From positions 33,480,001 to 33,544,000 of the forward strand of contig OZ024743.1 in NCBI GenBank assembly GCA_964016885.1: a stretch of DNA of 64,000 nt. The letters are read 5' to 3'. Numbering within the stretch: the stretch's first letter is position 1; each line of letters begins with the position of its first letter. This document shows, in pieces, positions 28,126-43,100 of the stretch. This DNA is from Eledone cirrhosa (taxonomy: Eukaryota). The position numbers were made by a program, and so were the translations under genes. The notes beneath the pieces were generated by a model, which saw nothing but the letters and a program-made list of their open reading frames with translations, had not been told where the DNA came from and searched no databases.

Positions 28126-28274
28126 TGTTAACCTAGGTTCCGGGACATATACAAACAGTGAATGTAAACACGAGAGACGCCTACGCCGGTTCTTTACTCT
28201 AGGTGTATTACTTTCACTTTCCGTGCGCACTCGCACTCACTTGCCACATCCACCTCTTGATGTGATATAAATAG

Positions 28275-28460
28275 TAGTTAAATCTTCCTTAAATCATGCC
28301 CTTATGTCCCCATCCCATAAAAAAAAATTGAAACGCCACATTGGATAATGTAGTTCCAAATACCCCTATAAAAAGATGGGATGGTCACGGTTGGAATGCC
28401 TTTGATCATTGTGTTGCTCGATCATTGTCGACCTAGCGTTGGACAGTAGTATCAACAACT
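28275..28460 (+). mobile_element. Retroposon 3' tail fragment (third family; also ~34583-34720)
   Basis: cacattggataat...gatgggatggtcacggttggaatgcctttgatc...caacaac resembles 34652-34710. Confidence 0.45.
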
Positions 28461-28539
28461 TTTCAGTTATTATTTCCTATCCGATACATTCCGATGAAGA
28501 CTTACTAGTTTGTAAATAGTGGTTTTCCGGAAGTATATA

Positions 28540-28931
28540 CTCACACACACACACTACACTGGTCGTATGTATACACACACATATACCTATATATATACAC
28601 ATACATGTATATACAGTACAACATACGCACATACCTATATATATATATACATGCATATACAGTACAACACACACACACACACACACCTATATATATATAC
28701 ATACATATACATTATAACACACACACACATATATATATACATACATGCATATACAGTATAACACATACATTCATATACAGTACAACGCACACACACACAC
28801 CTATATACACACATACATGCATATACAGTACAACGCACACACCTATATACATATATATACATACATGTATATACAGTACAACGCACACACACCTATATAC
28901 ATACATGCATATACAGTACAACGCACACACA

Positions 28932-28982
<51 letters not shown>

Positions 28983-29005
28983 TACAACACTCACTCACAT
29001 ACATG
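28540..29005. repeat. ~40-50-bp minisatellite built on CA/TA runs
   Basis: Repeated unit tacagtacaacgcacacacacctatatatacatacatgcata, about 8 copies. Confidence 0.9.
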
Positions 29006-29634
29006 TACGCAGGTTGAAGAATGGACGGTACAATTAGTTTAAGGTAAAGAACGTAAGAATGTAAATATTCTCTATAAGGAAGTAAATATACCTCAAACTC
29101 CCTTGTTTGATGTGTGTCTGTGTGTTTGCTTTCGTGTGTGTGTTATAAAATATTTGTTTCTCCAAACAGTTTCCTATTTTTCCTTCGAAACATACCTTCA
29201 ATTCCCACACAATAAAATTTCCCGTTTGTTTGCTTCTCCTTTCTATATTTTTTTGTATGTTTTGCTTTCCTTATACTTTCTAACTATCTCCTCTCTTCAC
29301 TCTCTCTCCGCACGTATTTCTTCGCGATTTAACTTCAATTGTACCCTTCTTTTCCCTCCTATGTTATTTTTCTTTTCTTTTTTCTCACAGACGTTCTCTT
29401 CGTAAATTAACGCACATGTACTCACACGAGCATTTAGACATATGTACGCAGGTACTTACGCACACGCTTACTCTTATCTATATATCCAAATAAACAAATA
29501 TACACGCACACATACTTTCACTCCCGCCCCTCGCATTGGGTACGCAGAAGAACTGGTGCAGTCAGTCACCACGATATTGACATTTCATTTTTTCTCATAT
29601 ACACACTTTGTACATACATATACATGTTGCTGTA

Positions 29635-29676
<42 letters not shown>

Positions 29677-31648
29677 CACATACGAACACATGCACTCATT
29701 TTTCTAAATAGTTATAAACAACAAACACTGGAGTAACATCTTCATCGTACGAAGCAAAATACCACTACATCTCATCCAACGCAATGTACGACTTGTAATT
29801 TGCCTTTCATTTCATCATTAACAACACGCCCACTTCCAGTCTCTTGAAACATAAGCACACATGCTTCCTTATTTTATTTTCTCTTTGGATCTACTGTATG
29901 CAGTCTTCCTCATATATTGACTTCGTTCATCTTCCCTTTCCCATTCTTTCACTTCTATAACCTTACTTTCTCCCCCTCCTCTCACTCACCTAGTCTACTT
30001 CATGTTGTTTAGACAGAGCTTTTTGTCTTTCGTAACCGGCAACTTACCTAGGAGAGAGATACTTCTTACCTTTACAACCATGTAAGTAGATGTAACTGTC
30101 TATTTTCGTATTATTCATCTCACCCCGTCATTACTACTACTAAAATACTTCTATAAAATAACATGAGAAATTTTGACATTCAGTTAACCCTATCAGACAT
30201 GCATCAACCGTGCATTCTTTTTTTTTTTTTTTTTTTTAATTAACAAAAAGTTTTAAAATATATATTCTATATTTCGGAGTGTTGCCTTGAGATTGTATGT
30301 TATAAACCGAAGCTTTTTACATCGTGAATGAGCTATTCTAGCCATACACACACACATATATATATAATGCCCATACATACATACATATACATACACAGTG
30401 CCGGCTATAGAAAGTGTAGGAAACAATTGATCCAGTTAGCTGAACTCCGGCCCTATATATATATAACAAAAAATGTAATATTCACACTTCATTTATTTCG
30501 TTTTGTCAATTTTTACGTCACACCTCTCGGACCTGGACACTGTTTTACTTATACGATACTTTTTCAAATATAGGATAGACGTTTTGAACAAGATCTCAAT
30601 CCAAAAACCAACCCGCAGCCTTTTTGGTTGATAAATACCTAAATATTTTTGTTTTTCTTGTAAGTGTATGTACAACAAACTAGTTGCATTAGTGACGTCT
30701 TCTTCAATGTCTCCTTATATTCTTTAAGGGGGTATCCATGACAATATATCTCCATGAAGAAATGGAAATTTCTCGTCCTATTCACCGGATTTATTTCGTG
30801 TTCTCCGCTCAGATATACATATAATTACCACTGAGGTTTGATATCAACCACTTTGGCGACCCTCTACCCCAAACTTTTGAAATTAAGTAGTTTAATCCCA
30901 CCTTGCAACTAGACAGATTTAAATAACTGAAATTTAAACTTAAAACGGGTCAAGGTTCGTTAGGCTTAGGGTTCCCTTGTTCACAGTATTATATGTATAT
31001 AATGCAGGGCCGGAGTTCAGCTCGAAATGAAAATACATAAAGTAATACAATAAAATATAAGTTGCTTATACAGGTTTCTGATTTATATATAATTAGTTTT
31101 TATTGTGTATTTATTGATTTATTTACTTATTTTTGTACATGGCTGGAGCTAATGAGGGAAGTCAAGAATTTCTTCGGACGATGGTCTAAAAAGTTTGGGA
31201 TTCTCTGGTGTAGGACATGAAAATAACACTCAAACACATTCATATATATATAGTATGTGTGTGTCATGAGGGTGGTGATGGCTACTGTTACTGTCAATAA
31301 CAAGTGTGAATGTGGTGGGGGTAATAGGAGTGATATATGACATGGGAGTTGATTGCATGACGATGTGATTGAAGAGAGATGTGAAGACGTGATTGAAAGA
31401 GCTATGAATGGGAGAGATGTGATTATATGTAAATAAGTGGTAAATGGTATAACACAATCACATATACATACGCCATATACAGATTTAATCCTTGAAAACA
31501 TTTTTGTGGTGTACTTCCACAGGCTTTTATTAATTCATACCTGTTTAAAATTATATAACACAACCATCGATAGACATGCTCATATTTATTTCAGGGACGA
31601 ATAAAATAGATGAACATATGTCTGGAGATATATATTGTAAATTAAGAT

Positions 31649-31694
<46 letters not shown>

Positions 31695-31820
31695 TTGTAT
31701 GAATAAAGCACTTTTCTATTTCAATGGGATATTAATCTAAACCTTTATAATATCTACTTATACACCCGCATCACTCTCTCTGTATGTGTGTGTGTATATA
31801 TATATGTATATGTATATATA

Positions 31821-31898
31821 CAGGGTGTCCCCAAAAAATGTATACATACTTTTATTAGAATGCCGTTGAAGTGTCTATATATTTTTGGGGGACATCTA
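31821..31898. mobile_element. Tiny Tc1/mariner MITE (essentially two TIRs)
   Basis: TA then cagggtgtccccaaaaaatgtatacatacttt ... aagtgtctatatatttttgggggacatc; solo TIR also at ~44549-44578. Confidence 0.7.
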
Positions 31899-32984
31899 CA
31901 CACAGTACCTATATACACAGACACGCGTTCATACAGTTTGTTCCCACACACATTCTTACAGTCCAGTTTATGCAAGTATTCTACAATGTTTGTTAGATAT
32001 AGTGAGATTTAGAATGTGACCCATCTGTTATCTGATTCACCTTTACTTTTGTAAAATCAATGATTTCACCCTTGAATAGCTGCAACGAAACCAAATTCTG
32101 TTTATTTTAACTCCAGATTAGAAGTCAAATTTCAACGCTTGACTCATGTCACTTTGCCTCATTGATGGTACCTGTAGCCAAGTCCACGTAAAGCTGATCA
32201 TAGGTCCATGCCAAATAATACATGTAGTCCCACTTCCAGCTGGTAATAGACCCAGGTCAAGTATCGTGCTTCAAAGTTAGTTATAGGTCCAGACCAGATA
32301 AAATGTAGACACCAGCTCTACCAAGAGTGTTATAGGTTGAGACCAGATGTGAATTGTCAACCCCATTTTAAATTCCTCTAAGTATTTTAGTAATCACTGC
32401 TAAATATGTTATGTATGGGTTATTGGTATATACATGTGCATTTAATGTTGTATTTACCATTCAAAAGGAAGTAGCTCCTAACTGATACAGTTGTAGAGTT
32501 TTTGAAAGCTGACGGAATCCTTCCCTCTCCAAATTGCAGCACTGCCGAGAGAGAGAGAAAGTACTGGAATCGTAGGTACTTTATCGACCTCGAAAGGATG
32601 AAATGTAAAGTTGACCTTGATGGGATATGAACTCAGAGCTCAGTGAGGTGGAATAAATACTGAGGCATTTAATTTAATGTCCTAATGATTCTGCCAATTA
32701 AGTAACAGATAAACTTGAAGGGATTAGGCTCCTCTCAGAGTCATAAACCCTTACCATCTGGTTTATCTGACAACTCCTCTCTTCCTTGCTGCCAACCTGT
32801 AGTCACAACTTCTGTCCAGCACATATTCAGGTGAAGAGCAAGGAAATTTTGATAATCATATTTTCTTCGTACAAAACAACACGTGTAATCAGAAATGTGA
32901 ATGTAGTATTGAATATAATAATAATGAAATTATTGTGTACAGTGTTCAGATGCACTGTATACTATTCCTGGTTAGTGTTTCAAA

Positions 32985-33378
32985 CCTCTTCATTACCATA
33001 TATCGAATAAAAGACTGTATATGATTTTCTATAATTTTGAATATAATCAAGAATTTTGAGTGATTTTGTAATATAACTAACTCTTTTCATTCTTAAACTG
33101 GTGTTTGGAACATAACTTAACAAAGGTTCTTACATAAAATTGATAGGATTTTAAATAAATATGAACATTTTAACCTTGGCATAAACTTATGCTATTTTAA
33201 CCCTTTAATAATATAATTTGTAATATAATCTTTCTAATTAATAAGCTGGTGTTTGGAATATAACAAAAATTTCTCACAAAATTACGATGGAAGGTTTAAA
33301 TTCAAATATGAACACTTTAAACAGCTTTATATCATCATAGAACCAAAGGCAGTTTCAGACGGGTTGGTACAAGAAGGG
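32985..33378 (+). mobile_element. piggyBac-type MITE family A with internal duplication
   Basis: Ends gtttcagacgggttggtacaagaaggg followed by TTAA, like the 6840 piggyBac end; ctggtgtttggaa block occurs twice. Confidence 0.65.
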
Positions 33379-34882
33379 TTAATTACATATTTTTCATTAT
33401 TTATTGATATTCTTATGCAATATTTCTTCTGTTGATTCTCTCACTACCCCTTTTTATTTTTTCCTGTTAATATCGCTTCTGTATCATCTTCAGATGTTGT
33501 GATTAGATTGTTCTTTTTGCTATGTGGCAGCAGTATCAAGTTCTAAGAGCTTCATATTTCTACTAAATTTATAGAGCCACCAGCTTCATTGTAATTCAAA
33601 ATCAATGAACAACTGATTATTGTTTCATGCATTTAAATTATGTAAGATTCTGACTACCTGTGTATAATACCATAAGCGCGCGCGCACACACACACATAGA
33701 CACTCACATCATCATCACTCACCATTTTTCCATGCTAGCATGGGTTAGACGACTTGTCCTGTTGTGGGCAATGCTTTATTTATACACAAATACACTCACA
33801 CACACACATTCATTTATACACAAATACACTCACACACATTCATTTATACACAAATACACTCGCACACATACACATATATATATGATGTGTTGACAGTTCC
33901 TGGCTGAGAAGGCTACAAATCAGAGTTGTATTCGATATATGTGTAGGTGTAGAGTTGATATCGATATACAGTATCATCCCATGAAAGGACCCTCTCCATT
34001 TAAGATAACTACCAAACTCGCAGTAAAACAAAGGAAAAACCCATCTGACCAATTCATTCCTATACGTATTTTCTCTTCAGTATATTCTCCATATAAGTTT
34101 TCCACTCTCACCAGAAGCTAATATAAAATCGGATTTTCCAATCTCTTAATAAAAATTTGAATGTTTACTGAAACGCAATTCCCTGTCAGTATCTGATGTA
34201 ACTCACACATACATGTACAGCCAGAAAAAACTTAGTTTTACATGTAGCATGTAGCCTACACATTTGACGCTTGTCAGTGGCTCCTTCTTCATGAATGTTT
34301 ATTTTTTTTTACTCAGCAGATATTGACTAAATCTTCACAAGGCCAGTACATTTCTGCCTACTCTACATCCATTACATTGTTCTCTCTCTCATTTTGTCAA
34401 TCCTGTGTCCATATTACAGCCACAAAAATGACTTTTACTCCCTCAACTGGTTGATTCTATTATTCAATCATATAAACTGACTTGATGTACCAATTTCTCC
34501 TCCACAACATATTGCAGACTAAATAAAAACTATTCACATACTTCCCACACTTGCACATGGACAGCACCAATGAGGTAGACCCTACATGCTAGAAACAGCA
34601 GCCAAATTTATTTCCTTCAACTCAAACCTTTCCATCTTTAAAAAAAGGGGAACATATTGGATAATATAAACCAATAAGACAGGATGGTCACAGCTTGAGT
34701 GTGTTTGACCAATTCTGCTCCATTTGGGCTGACTATTAACTTTTAAAAGTATAAATTTTGATGAATTAGATTCTGGCCTGGGTACACACATTTCTATATC
34801 TTAGAATTTTAGATATGTTATGAGAAATGTGATTTCCAGTAGCCTTACAACAGTTTCTTATATGGTGCACGTATGGGTTGTC

Positions 34883-34923
<41 letters not shown>

Positions 34924-35140
34924 TATGAAATAATATTTTTCTTGTTAAATATCTAATTATCATGCTATTATTTTTCATCACTGTTTAGGAAATTCTTTAT
35001 GCTCCCCCCCCCCCTTCTTTTGGCGTCTTTACAAAAGATTTAATTTAACTTTCTGGTTGGTTGGAGTTAAATTTATTTTCATCTTTTCCTGCACCAATAC
35101 TTTTTCATCACTCTAAAATGGTGTGAGAGGGGGGTCCTCC

Positions 35141-35298
35141 TTAATATCGAAGCTATGAGATTTTGATATTACTTATTTTGAGAACAATACCTTAACACCC
35201 GTATGAGTGGCTGGTTATTGTCAGTTTGAACAGAAAGGTTTGAACAGAAAGAGGCGAGAGAATTCCGGCCGGATACAGTCGGTTTAAATGCTAAAGGG
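35141..35298 (+). mobile_element. piggyBac-type MITE family B (partial)
   Basis: Ends ggtttaaatgctaaaggg followed by TTAA. Confidence 0.8.
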
Positions 35299-35814
35299 TT
35301 AAACTGGGAGACCTGGCATAAATGTTTGCAGCTGAGTTGATTCTCACTAAAGACTTATAAGGATCAGGTATAGTGTGGAGCCAGACAACCAATTAATCTA
35401 TTACCCAAGTAGACTACAGCGAAATTTGAACTCAGAACATGAAGAGCCAGAAGAAATACCATTAGACCGTTAGTCCAATGCACTAACGATTCTGCCATTC
35501 CACCACTCTAGGCTGGTGCTTTGTTTATTGATGATGGTAGCAAGAAAGGCAAAATTGACCTTGGTGGGATTTAAACTCGAAAGGAAAGCATCCAGAATAA
35601 ATACCACAAGGTCTGACACTCACCCAACTCACTACCTACTTAAAATATAAGTACCACTTTACTGCTGTATCTCTTTATGTCCTAAGTGGTGTCTCAAAGT
35701 GTTGGTATCAGGAAGAGCATCCAGAGTTAAAACAGTGCCTCAAAAAAAGAAAGAAAAAAGCCTCTCATGAGGCTCTCAAGGCTAACCCTTTTTTTAGAAG
35801 GGAAAATACCCTTA

Positions 35815-36070
35815 ATTCTTTTGAAATCAAACCACCTGAAACCACACCTGGTTCTACAATACAAAACTGTTTATCATAGTGGTTATATTTATCTTAATAT
35901 CTTCCATCATAATATTATGTAAGAACCTTTGTTAAACTATGCTACAAACACCAGCTAAGGAGAAAGTTTGGTATTATAGTAAATAAATCACTCCAAATTC
36001 TTGGTTATTTTCAAAATGATTTAAAAATCATGAAATCATAAGGAATTTCTTTCATTAGAAATATGATAAC
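35815..36070 (-). mobile_element. piggyBac-type MITE family A
   Basis: Reverse complement of the family A interior (ccacctgaaacc...ggttcta...aaacaccagc...cattagaaatatg). Confidence 0.6.
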
Positions 36071-36519
36071 CGGGCTTTATATATTTTGTTCCAGCTCTGC
36101 AACTATCTAACATTTGGTATTATTGTTACCACTCTTCATTCTCTCACCCCTCATCCATCATTCTTTGGCTACAATCAACTTATCCTTTCCCATCTGTTAT
36201 CTATCATCTGTCTTTCACTAAATATGTCTATGCATTTATTTGGTTATTTGTTTTCCTAAATAGTTATACAGCAATAAAGGTAATTAGAAGTGTTCATCTG
36301 ATTATTAATCAATAATTACAAGTGTGTGTGTGTGTGTCTGTGTCTACTACACCTGTATGTAACTTCCATATATTTACACATTCTCTCTCTTTCTCATCTC
36401 ACCTATCTCTCTCACTCCTTCGTACATACACATACATAAGTATATGCTCACCCACCAGGTGTTCTAAACACTCACACTCTCAAACATAACCACACACACA
36501 CACATACACATTACACAAT

Positions 36520-37780
36520 CTCACTCTGTCTCACTCTTTCACACACTCTCTCACACACTCTCTCTCACACATTCTCTCTCACTCGTTCACTCTCTCTCTC
36601 ACTCGTTCACTCTCTCTCACACTCATTCACCCACTCTCTCACTCGTTCACCCACTCTCTCACTCGTTCACCCACTCTCTCTCTCACTCGTTCACCCACTC
36701 TCTCTCACACTTGTTCTCTCTCACTCGTTCACCCACTCTCTCTCACACTTGTTCTCTCTCACTCGTTCACCCACTCTCTCTCACACTTGTTCTCTCACTC
36801 GTTCACCCACTCTCACTCGTTCACCCACTCTCACTCATTCACCCACTCTCACTCGTTCACCCACTCTCACTCGTTCACCCACTCTCTCGTTCACCCACTC
36901 TCTTTTTCTCTCTCACTCGTTCACCCCACACTCTCTCACTCGTTCACCCACTCTCTCACACTTGTTCTCTCTCACTCGTTCTCTCTCACTCGTTCATCCA
37001 CTCTCTCACACTTGTTCTCTCTCACTCGTTCACACCACTCTCTCACTCGTTCACGCCACTCTCTCACTCGTTCTCTCACTCGTTCACACCACTCTCTCTC
37101 ACTCGTTCACTCACTCTCTTACTCACTCGTTCACTCACTCTCTCACTCGTTCACCCACTCTCTCTCACACTTGTTCTCTCTCACTCGTTCACCCACTCTC
37201 TCTTACACTTGTTCTCTCTCACTCGTTCACCCACTCTCTCTCACACTTGTTCACCCACTCTCTCTCACACTTGTTCTCCCACTCTCTCTCTCACTTGTTC
37301 TCTCTCACTCGTTCACCCACTCTCTCTTACACTTGTTCTCTCACACTTGTTCACCCACTCTCTCTCACACTTGTTCACCCACTCTCTCTCACACTTGTTC
37401 ACCCACTCTCTCTCACACTTGTTCACCCACTCTCTCTCACACTTGTTCTCCCACTCTCTCTCACACTTGTTCTCCCACTCTCTATCACACTTGTTCTCCC
37501 ACTCTCTCTCACACTTGTTCTCTCTCACTCGTTCTCCCACTCTCTCACACTTATTCTCCCACTCTCTCTCACTCATTCACCCACTCTCTCTCACACTTAT
37601 TCTCCCACTCTCTCTCACACTTATTCTCCCACTCTCTCTCACACTTATTCTCCCACACTCTCTCACACTTGTTCTCTCTCACTCGTTCACCCCACACTCT
37701 CTCACACTTGTTCTCTTTCACTCGTTCACCCACTCTCACTCGTTCACTCACTCTCACACATTCACTCTCTCCCGTTCACT
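36520..37780. repeat. Pyrimidine-rich minisatellite (~18-26-bp variant units)
   Basis: Units ctctctcactcgttcacccact and ctctctctcacacttgttc(a/t)cccact. Confidence 0.95.
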
Positions 37781-37964
37781 CACAGCCAAGTCATTTCATT
37801 GAACTTTCCTATCTGGAAAATAAGTGAAATCTAACAGTTCAGTGAAGCATGTCAAATATATCTTCTCTCTCTCTCCAGTAGCTTCCTGTTGTAATTGCAT
37901 CTCCTCACTATCGTCACCTTATCAATGTGTCAATAGTTTCTAGTACTGCGTACTTCCAGGACTT

Positions 37965-38299
37965 CTCTCTCTCTCACACACACACACACATACATAACAT
38001 ATACACATACATACACACACCACACATACATATACATACATACACACATATACACACACCACCCATACATACATACATACATACACCACACTTCCACATA
38101 CATACACCACACACACACTACACATATACATGCATACACACACTACACACATATATACATACACCACATGTACACCACACACACAGAAACACATATACGC
38201 ACATACATACACACACACACATATATTCACACACATACACATACATACACATACATACACACACATACACATACATACACATACATATATACACACACA
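37965..38299. repeat. CA/TA compound microsatellite
   Basis: Degenerate (CA)n/(CATA)n. Confidence 0.9.
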
Positions 38300-38354
38300 T
38301 GCTAGAATCTTCCCGATCTGTTTCTATGTTCAGTGTTCTGGCTATATGGCCTCA

Positions 38355-38537
38355 ATAATTGTTTCTACTTTTGGCACAAGGCCAGCAATTATCCAGTGTA
38401 TTACTGGTACTTTATTTTATCGACCCGGTAAGGATGAAAGGCAAAGTTAACCTCGGCGGGATTTGAACTCAGAATGGCGAGGGCCGTAACTCTATGCGTT
38501 AAAGCATGGCGTCCGACCCTCTACCGATACTGCCAAT
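38355..38537 (-). mobile_element. tRNA-derived SINE, family M
   Basis: Near full-length reverse complement of the 47733 copy. Confidence 0.88.
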
Positions 38538-38639
38538 GTGACGTCCTTACAGATGTCTAACAATCTGGCTTTGAGTTATACTTAATCTACTCCATGAAAC
38601 TCTTTGAACATAAAATTGGTACATTTACAACACCACACA

Positions 38640-40039
<1,400 letters not shown>

Positions 40040-40477
40040 ATGCTTATACAGATACATCTTTTAAGAGTTTCAACAGAAAACTTAACATGCTAGTCATCCT
40101 CGATATTGTACAACTCTATGTGCAAGACATGGTCACCTGACCTAGCATTGCCCACAACAGGACAATCCGTCTAACCCATGGAAAATTTGAGGTAAAATGA
40201 TGATGATGATGTTAGCTATATTGTTTAAAGGTGGCTTAAATGTTTGATTTCAATACTCAGAGCAATTTCATCTCTGTGTATGAACCTGTAACTTTTGATG
40301 AAATTGTAGGGGCACTGTAGTGACATAGTGTAACTTGGACACTATAAACCTGCTGGAACTCATCCCCTTTCTGGGTATGTGTGTATATATACAGGATGAC
40401 AGGATGTATACACACTTCAGCAGTATTCTAATAAATTTGTGAGTGTATGTATATATATATATATATATAAATATATA

Positions 40478-41005
40478 CCACCCCTTTCTCTGTAAAGTTA
40501 TGTTGGTACTACAACATCTGGTCGTGTAGGTGTCACGACAAATAAAAACACACAGTCCATGCTGTAATGTGGCCGTGTAGTTAACATGGTAAAAACCTCT
40601 GTCCACACTGTAAATGTGGTTGGTGTTAGGAAGGGCATCCAGCCGTAGAAAACCTGCCAGACAGTCCTATACGAGCAAGACAACCAATCTTGCCTCAAGT
40701 GGGACAATTCCCGTCTAAACCCATGCTAGCGTGGAAGATAGACGTTAAACGATGATGATGATGATATATATCCAGTCTACACTGTGAAGTGGTCATGTAG
40801 GAGACATGGTAAAAAGGCTCCCAGTCTACACTGTAAATGTGGTTGGCATTAGCAAGGGCATCCAGCTGTAGAAAACCAGCCAGAAACAGTTCTATATGAG
40901 TGACATTGTCACCCGACCAATCTTGCCTCAAGTGGGACAAACCCATCTAACCTATGCTAGCGTGGAAGATGGACGTTAAATGATGATGATGATGATGATG
41001 ATGAT
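40478..41005 (+). mobile_element. Two tandem 5'-truncated copies of the RTE 3' UTR
   Basis: 40478-40764 and 40771-41005 each match the reverse complement of 26545-26860 and end in (gat)n. Confidence 0.85.
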
Positions 41006-41327
41006 TATATATATATACATATATACTCTCTGTAAATTAGTTGACACTAGGAGGGACATGGAAACCATATTAAACAACAGGTTGAAAGGATGCTTCAGTT
41101 ACTGAAGGATATGAAAACAATAATCACTTCCCATTACCATCCCTTTACATGACTAACATATGACTAAAACTATCAAAGTAGATGTAAATGCTAGACCTCT
41201 AATGATCAATCATAGGAACATCACATAACATTGCTTACTGTTGAGATCAGAAAGTATTTCAGTTGTGATCAGCTTCTGATCCACTACAAAGCTGAAGTAT
41301 GACCTCATTGAAAATGGAATGGACCTC

Positions 41328-41615
41328 CATTGGTTTCGACAATGAGTGCTTCAGTTCTACTTATATGAAATTGACATGTAAGTGACTGAGCATTCCACAG
41401 ATACTTCTAAGCTTAACGTCATTCTTAGGGAGATTCAGCATGTCAATGTATGACAAAGTTGGCTTTTTGAATTACAGGTACAATCCACTAAATATGCTTC
41501 CAAACAGTTTCTGTCTATTGAACTTTATTTACAAGGCATAGGTCAGTTCAAGTTTTTGATAATGGGATCAGACACAGGACCAAATGATTGTAAAGCAAAC
41601 TGTTTAACCATTCAC
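41328..41615 (-). mobile_element. Degenerate SINE (related fragment at ~42727-42838, + strand)
   Basis: Shared cctgta(a/t)ttcaaa...tgctcag(c/t)cactt(g/a)catgt block; tRNA-like head near 41560-41615. Confidence 0.55.
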
Positions 41616-42124
41616 CATTAAATGGGTGTCACTGCCTCCTTAAAGGAATTAAGTTTCAAAAGATGTCACTGAAAGGTGAGAGGGTGTGGTGGTAGTGAAG
41701 TCATTGGAAAGCAAAGAGAGGTGGGAGTGGAAAGCAACAAAGAATTCAAATTATTTGTTGCTTGTAAAATCTGTCATCTTTTAGTTATTCAATTTTTTTT
41801 TTAATAAATGTTTAAATTAAAAACGAATATTAAAATTTTATTTTCAATATATATTTCTTTATCAACTTCACTGTGGCTGGAGGTGCATTTATGAAATAAG
41901 CTTTATAGATTATGATATTCTCTGAATATAAGATGATAATAGAAAAAAAAGATTTATGGGAAACTCTGACCTAAACTATTTTCAAAGTAGGCTGATTGGT
42001 AACGAGTCAACATGTTACAACCACTTGTTAACAGAGATTGTTTTATTCTCAGCTTTTTTCTCTCTCAGGGGTATATCACCCATTTCACTGAAGTAGATAA
42101 CTGCAATACCAACTCCATCTAAAC

Positions 42125-42451
42125 CAGAGGTTCTCAAAATGGACATTACCGCCCTCATGTGGGTACTGGAACCTAAAGGGACGCTGGTGGTGGTGGTAGA
42201 GATGATATAATAGTATATTAAATATCAAATGATACATATTATATATATATAGTAAAATAAAAATACATTATATTTATTTATACATAGTATATATTATATT
42301 ATTTATTATATATAAATTAACGATTTTATTTATATATTATTTACAATTTGCATGTAGACAGGTCTCTCTGGAAATAGGGGTGGTGTGGGGGGGCTGATGG
42401 TATTACGTGGCTGTGAGGGGGTCGGTGGCCCCAAAAGTTTGAGAACCTCTG
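42125..42451. mobile_element. hAT (Charlie-like) MITE
   Basis: Perfect 14-bp TIR cagaggttctcaaa / tttgagaacctctg; 8-bp TSD atctaaac / atgtaaac. Confidence 0.88.
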
Positions 42452-42523
42452 ATGTAAACCCACCTAATGAATTTGCTTTCCTTGTTTTCATCATTTCTAC
42501 TGCATTTCACTCCAGACCCGTAA

Positions 42524-42702
42524 CCCTTTAATATTTACATTACTTTATATTTACTATTATATTTTCCTGGTAAACACTTTATATCACATAATATCGAATC
42601 TATGTGATTTTGATATTTATTTTGAGAACAATGACTTAATATCAGTATGAGAAATAGGTGAGAAAATTCTGGCCAGATACGGTCGGTTTAAATGCTAAAG
42701 GG
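42524..42702 (+). mobile_element. piggyBac-type MITE family B
   Basis: ccctttaatatttacatt ... aaatgctaaaggg followed by TTAA. Confidence 0.82.
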
Positions 42703-42967
42703 TTAACCTGTATTTCAAAGGGTTAACCTGTATTTCAAATGGCTATCCTTGTCACACAGTGTCTCCTTAGAACTACATTAAAAGTACACACATCTGTAAA
42801 ATGCTCAGCCACTTGCATGTTAATTTAATGTGCAGGCTCATCCAACATGCACACACAATCACATATTTGCATATAAGGTAAAGCTAATCTATTTTTATAT
42901 TCGAGGTCAATATTTTATCAAATTTCACCGACTTCAAAATTCTACGTAAATGAGGTGCTAAAATATG

Positions 42968-43100
42968 TTCACTTTAAAGGTGAATATTACACCGGTTTCA
43001 TTTTAAAGGTGAATATTACACCGGTTTCACTTTAAAAGTGAATATTACACCAGTTTGACTTCATAAATGAATATTACACTGGTTTCACTTTTGAAGTGAA
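42968..43100. repeat. 29-bp tandem repeat, ~4.5 copies
   Basis: ttcactttaaaggtgaatattacaccggt and variants. Confidence 0.9.

Noticed and set aside
27433-28270. ORFs spanning the N run
   Set aside because: Joined only through the gap; sequence right of the gap shows no RT homology
28488-28535. Hammerhead-like ccgatgaaga motif
   Set aside because: Core box mutated and no convincing GAAA or stems
42968-43100. CRISPR array (29-bp palindromic repeats)
   Set aside because: Repeats are directly adjacent with no unique spacers, no cas genes, eukaryotic context
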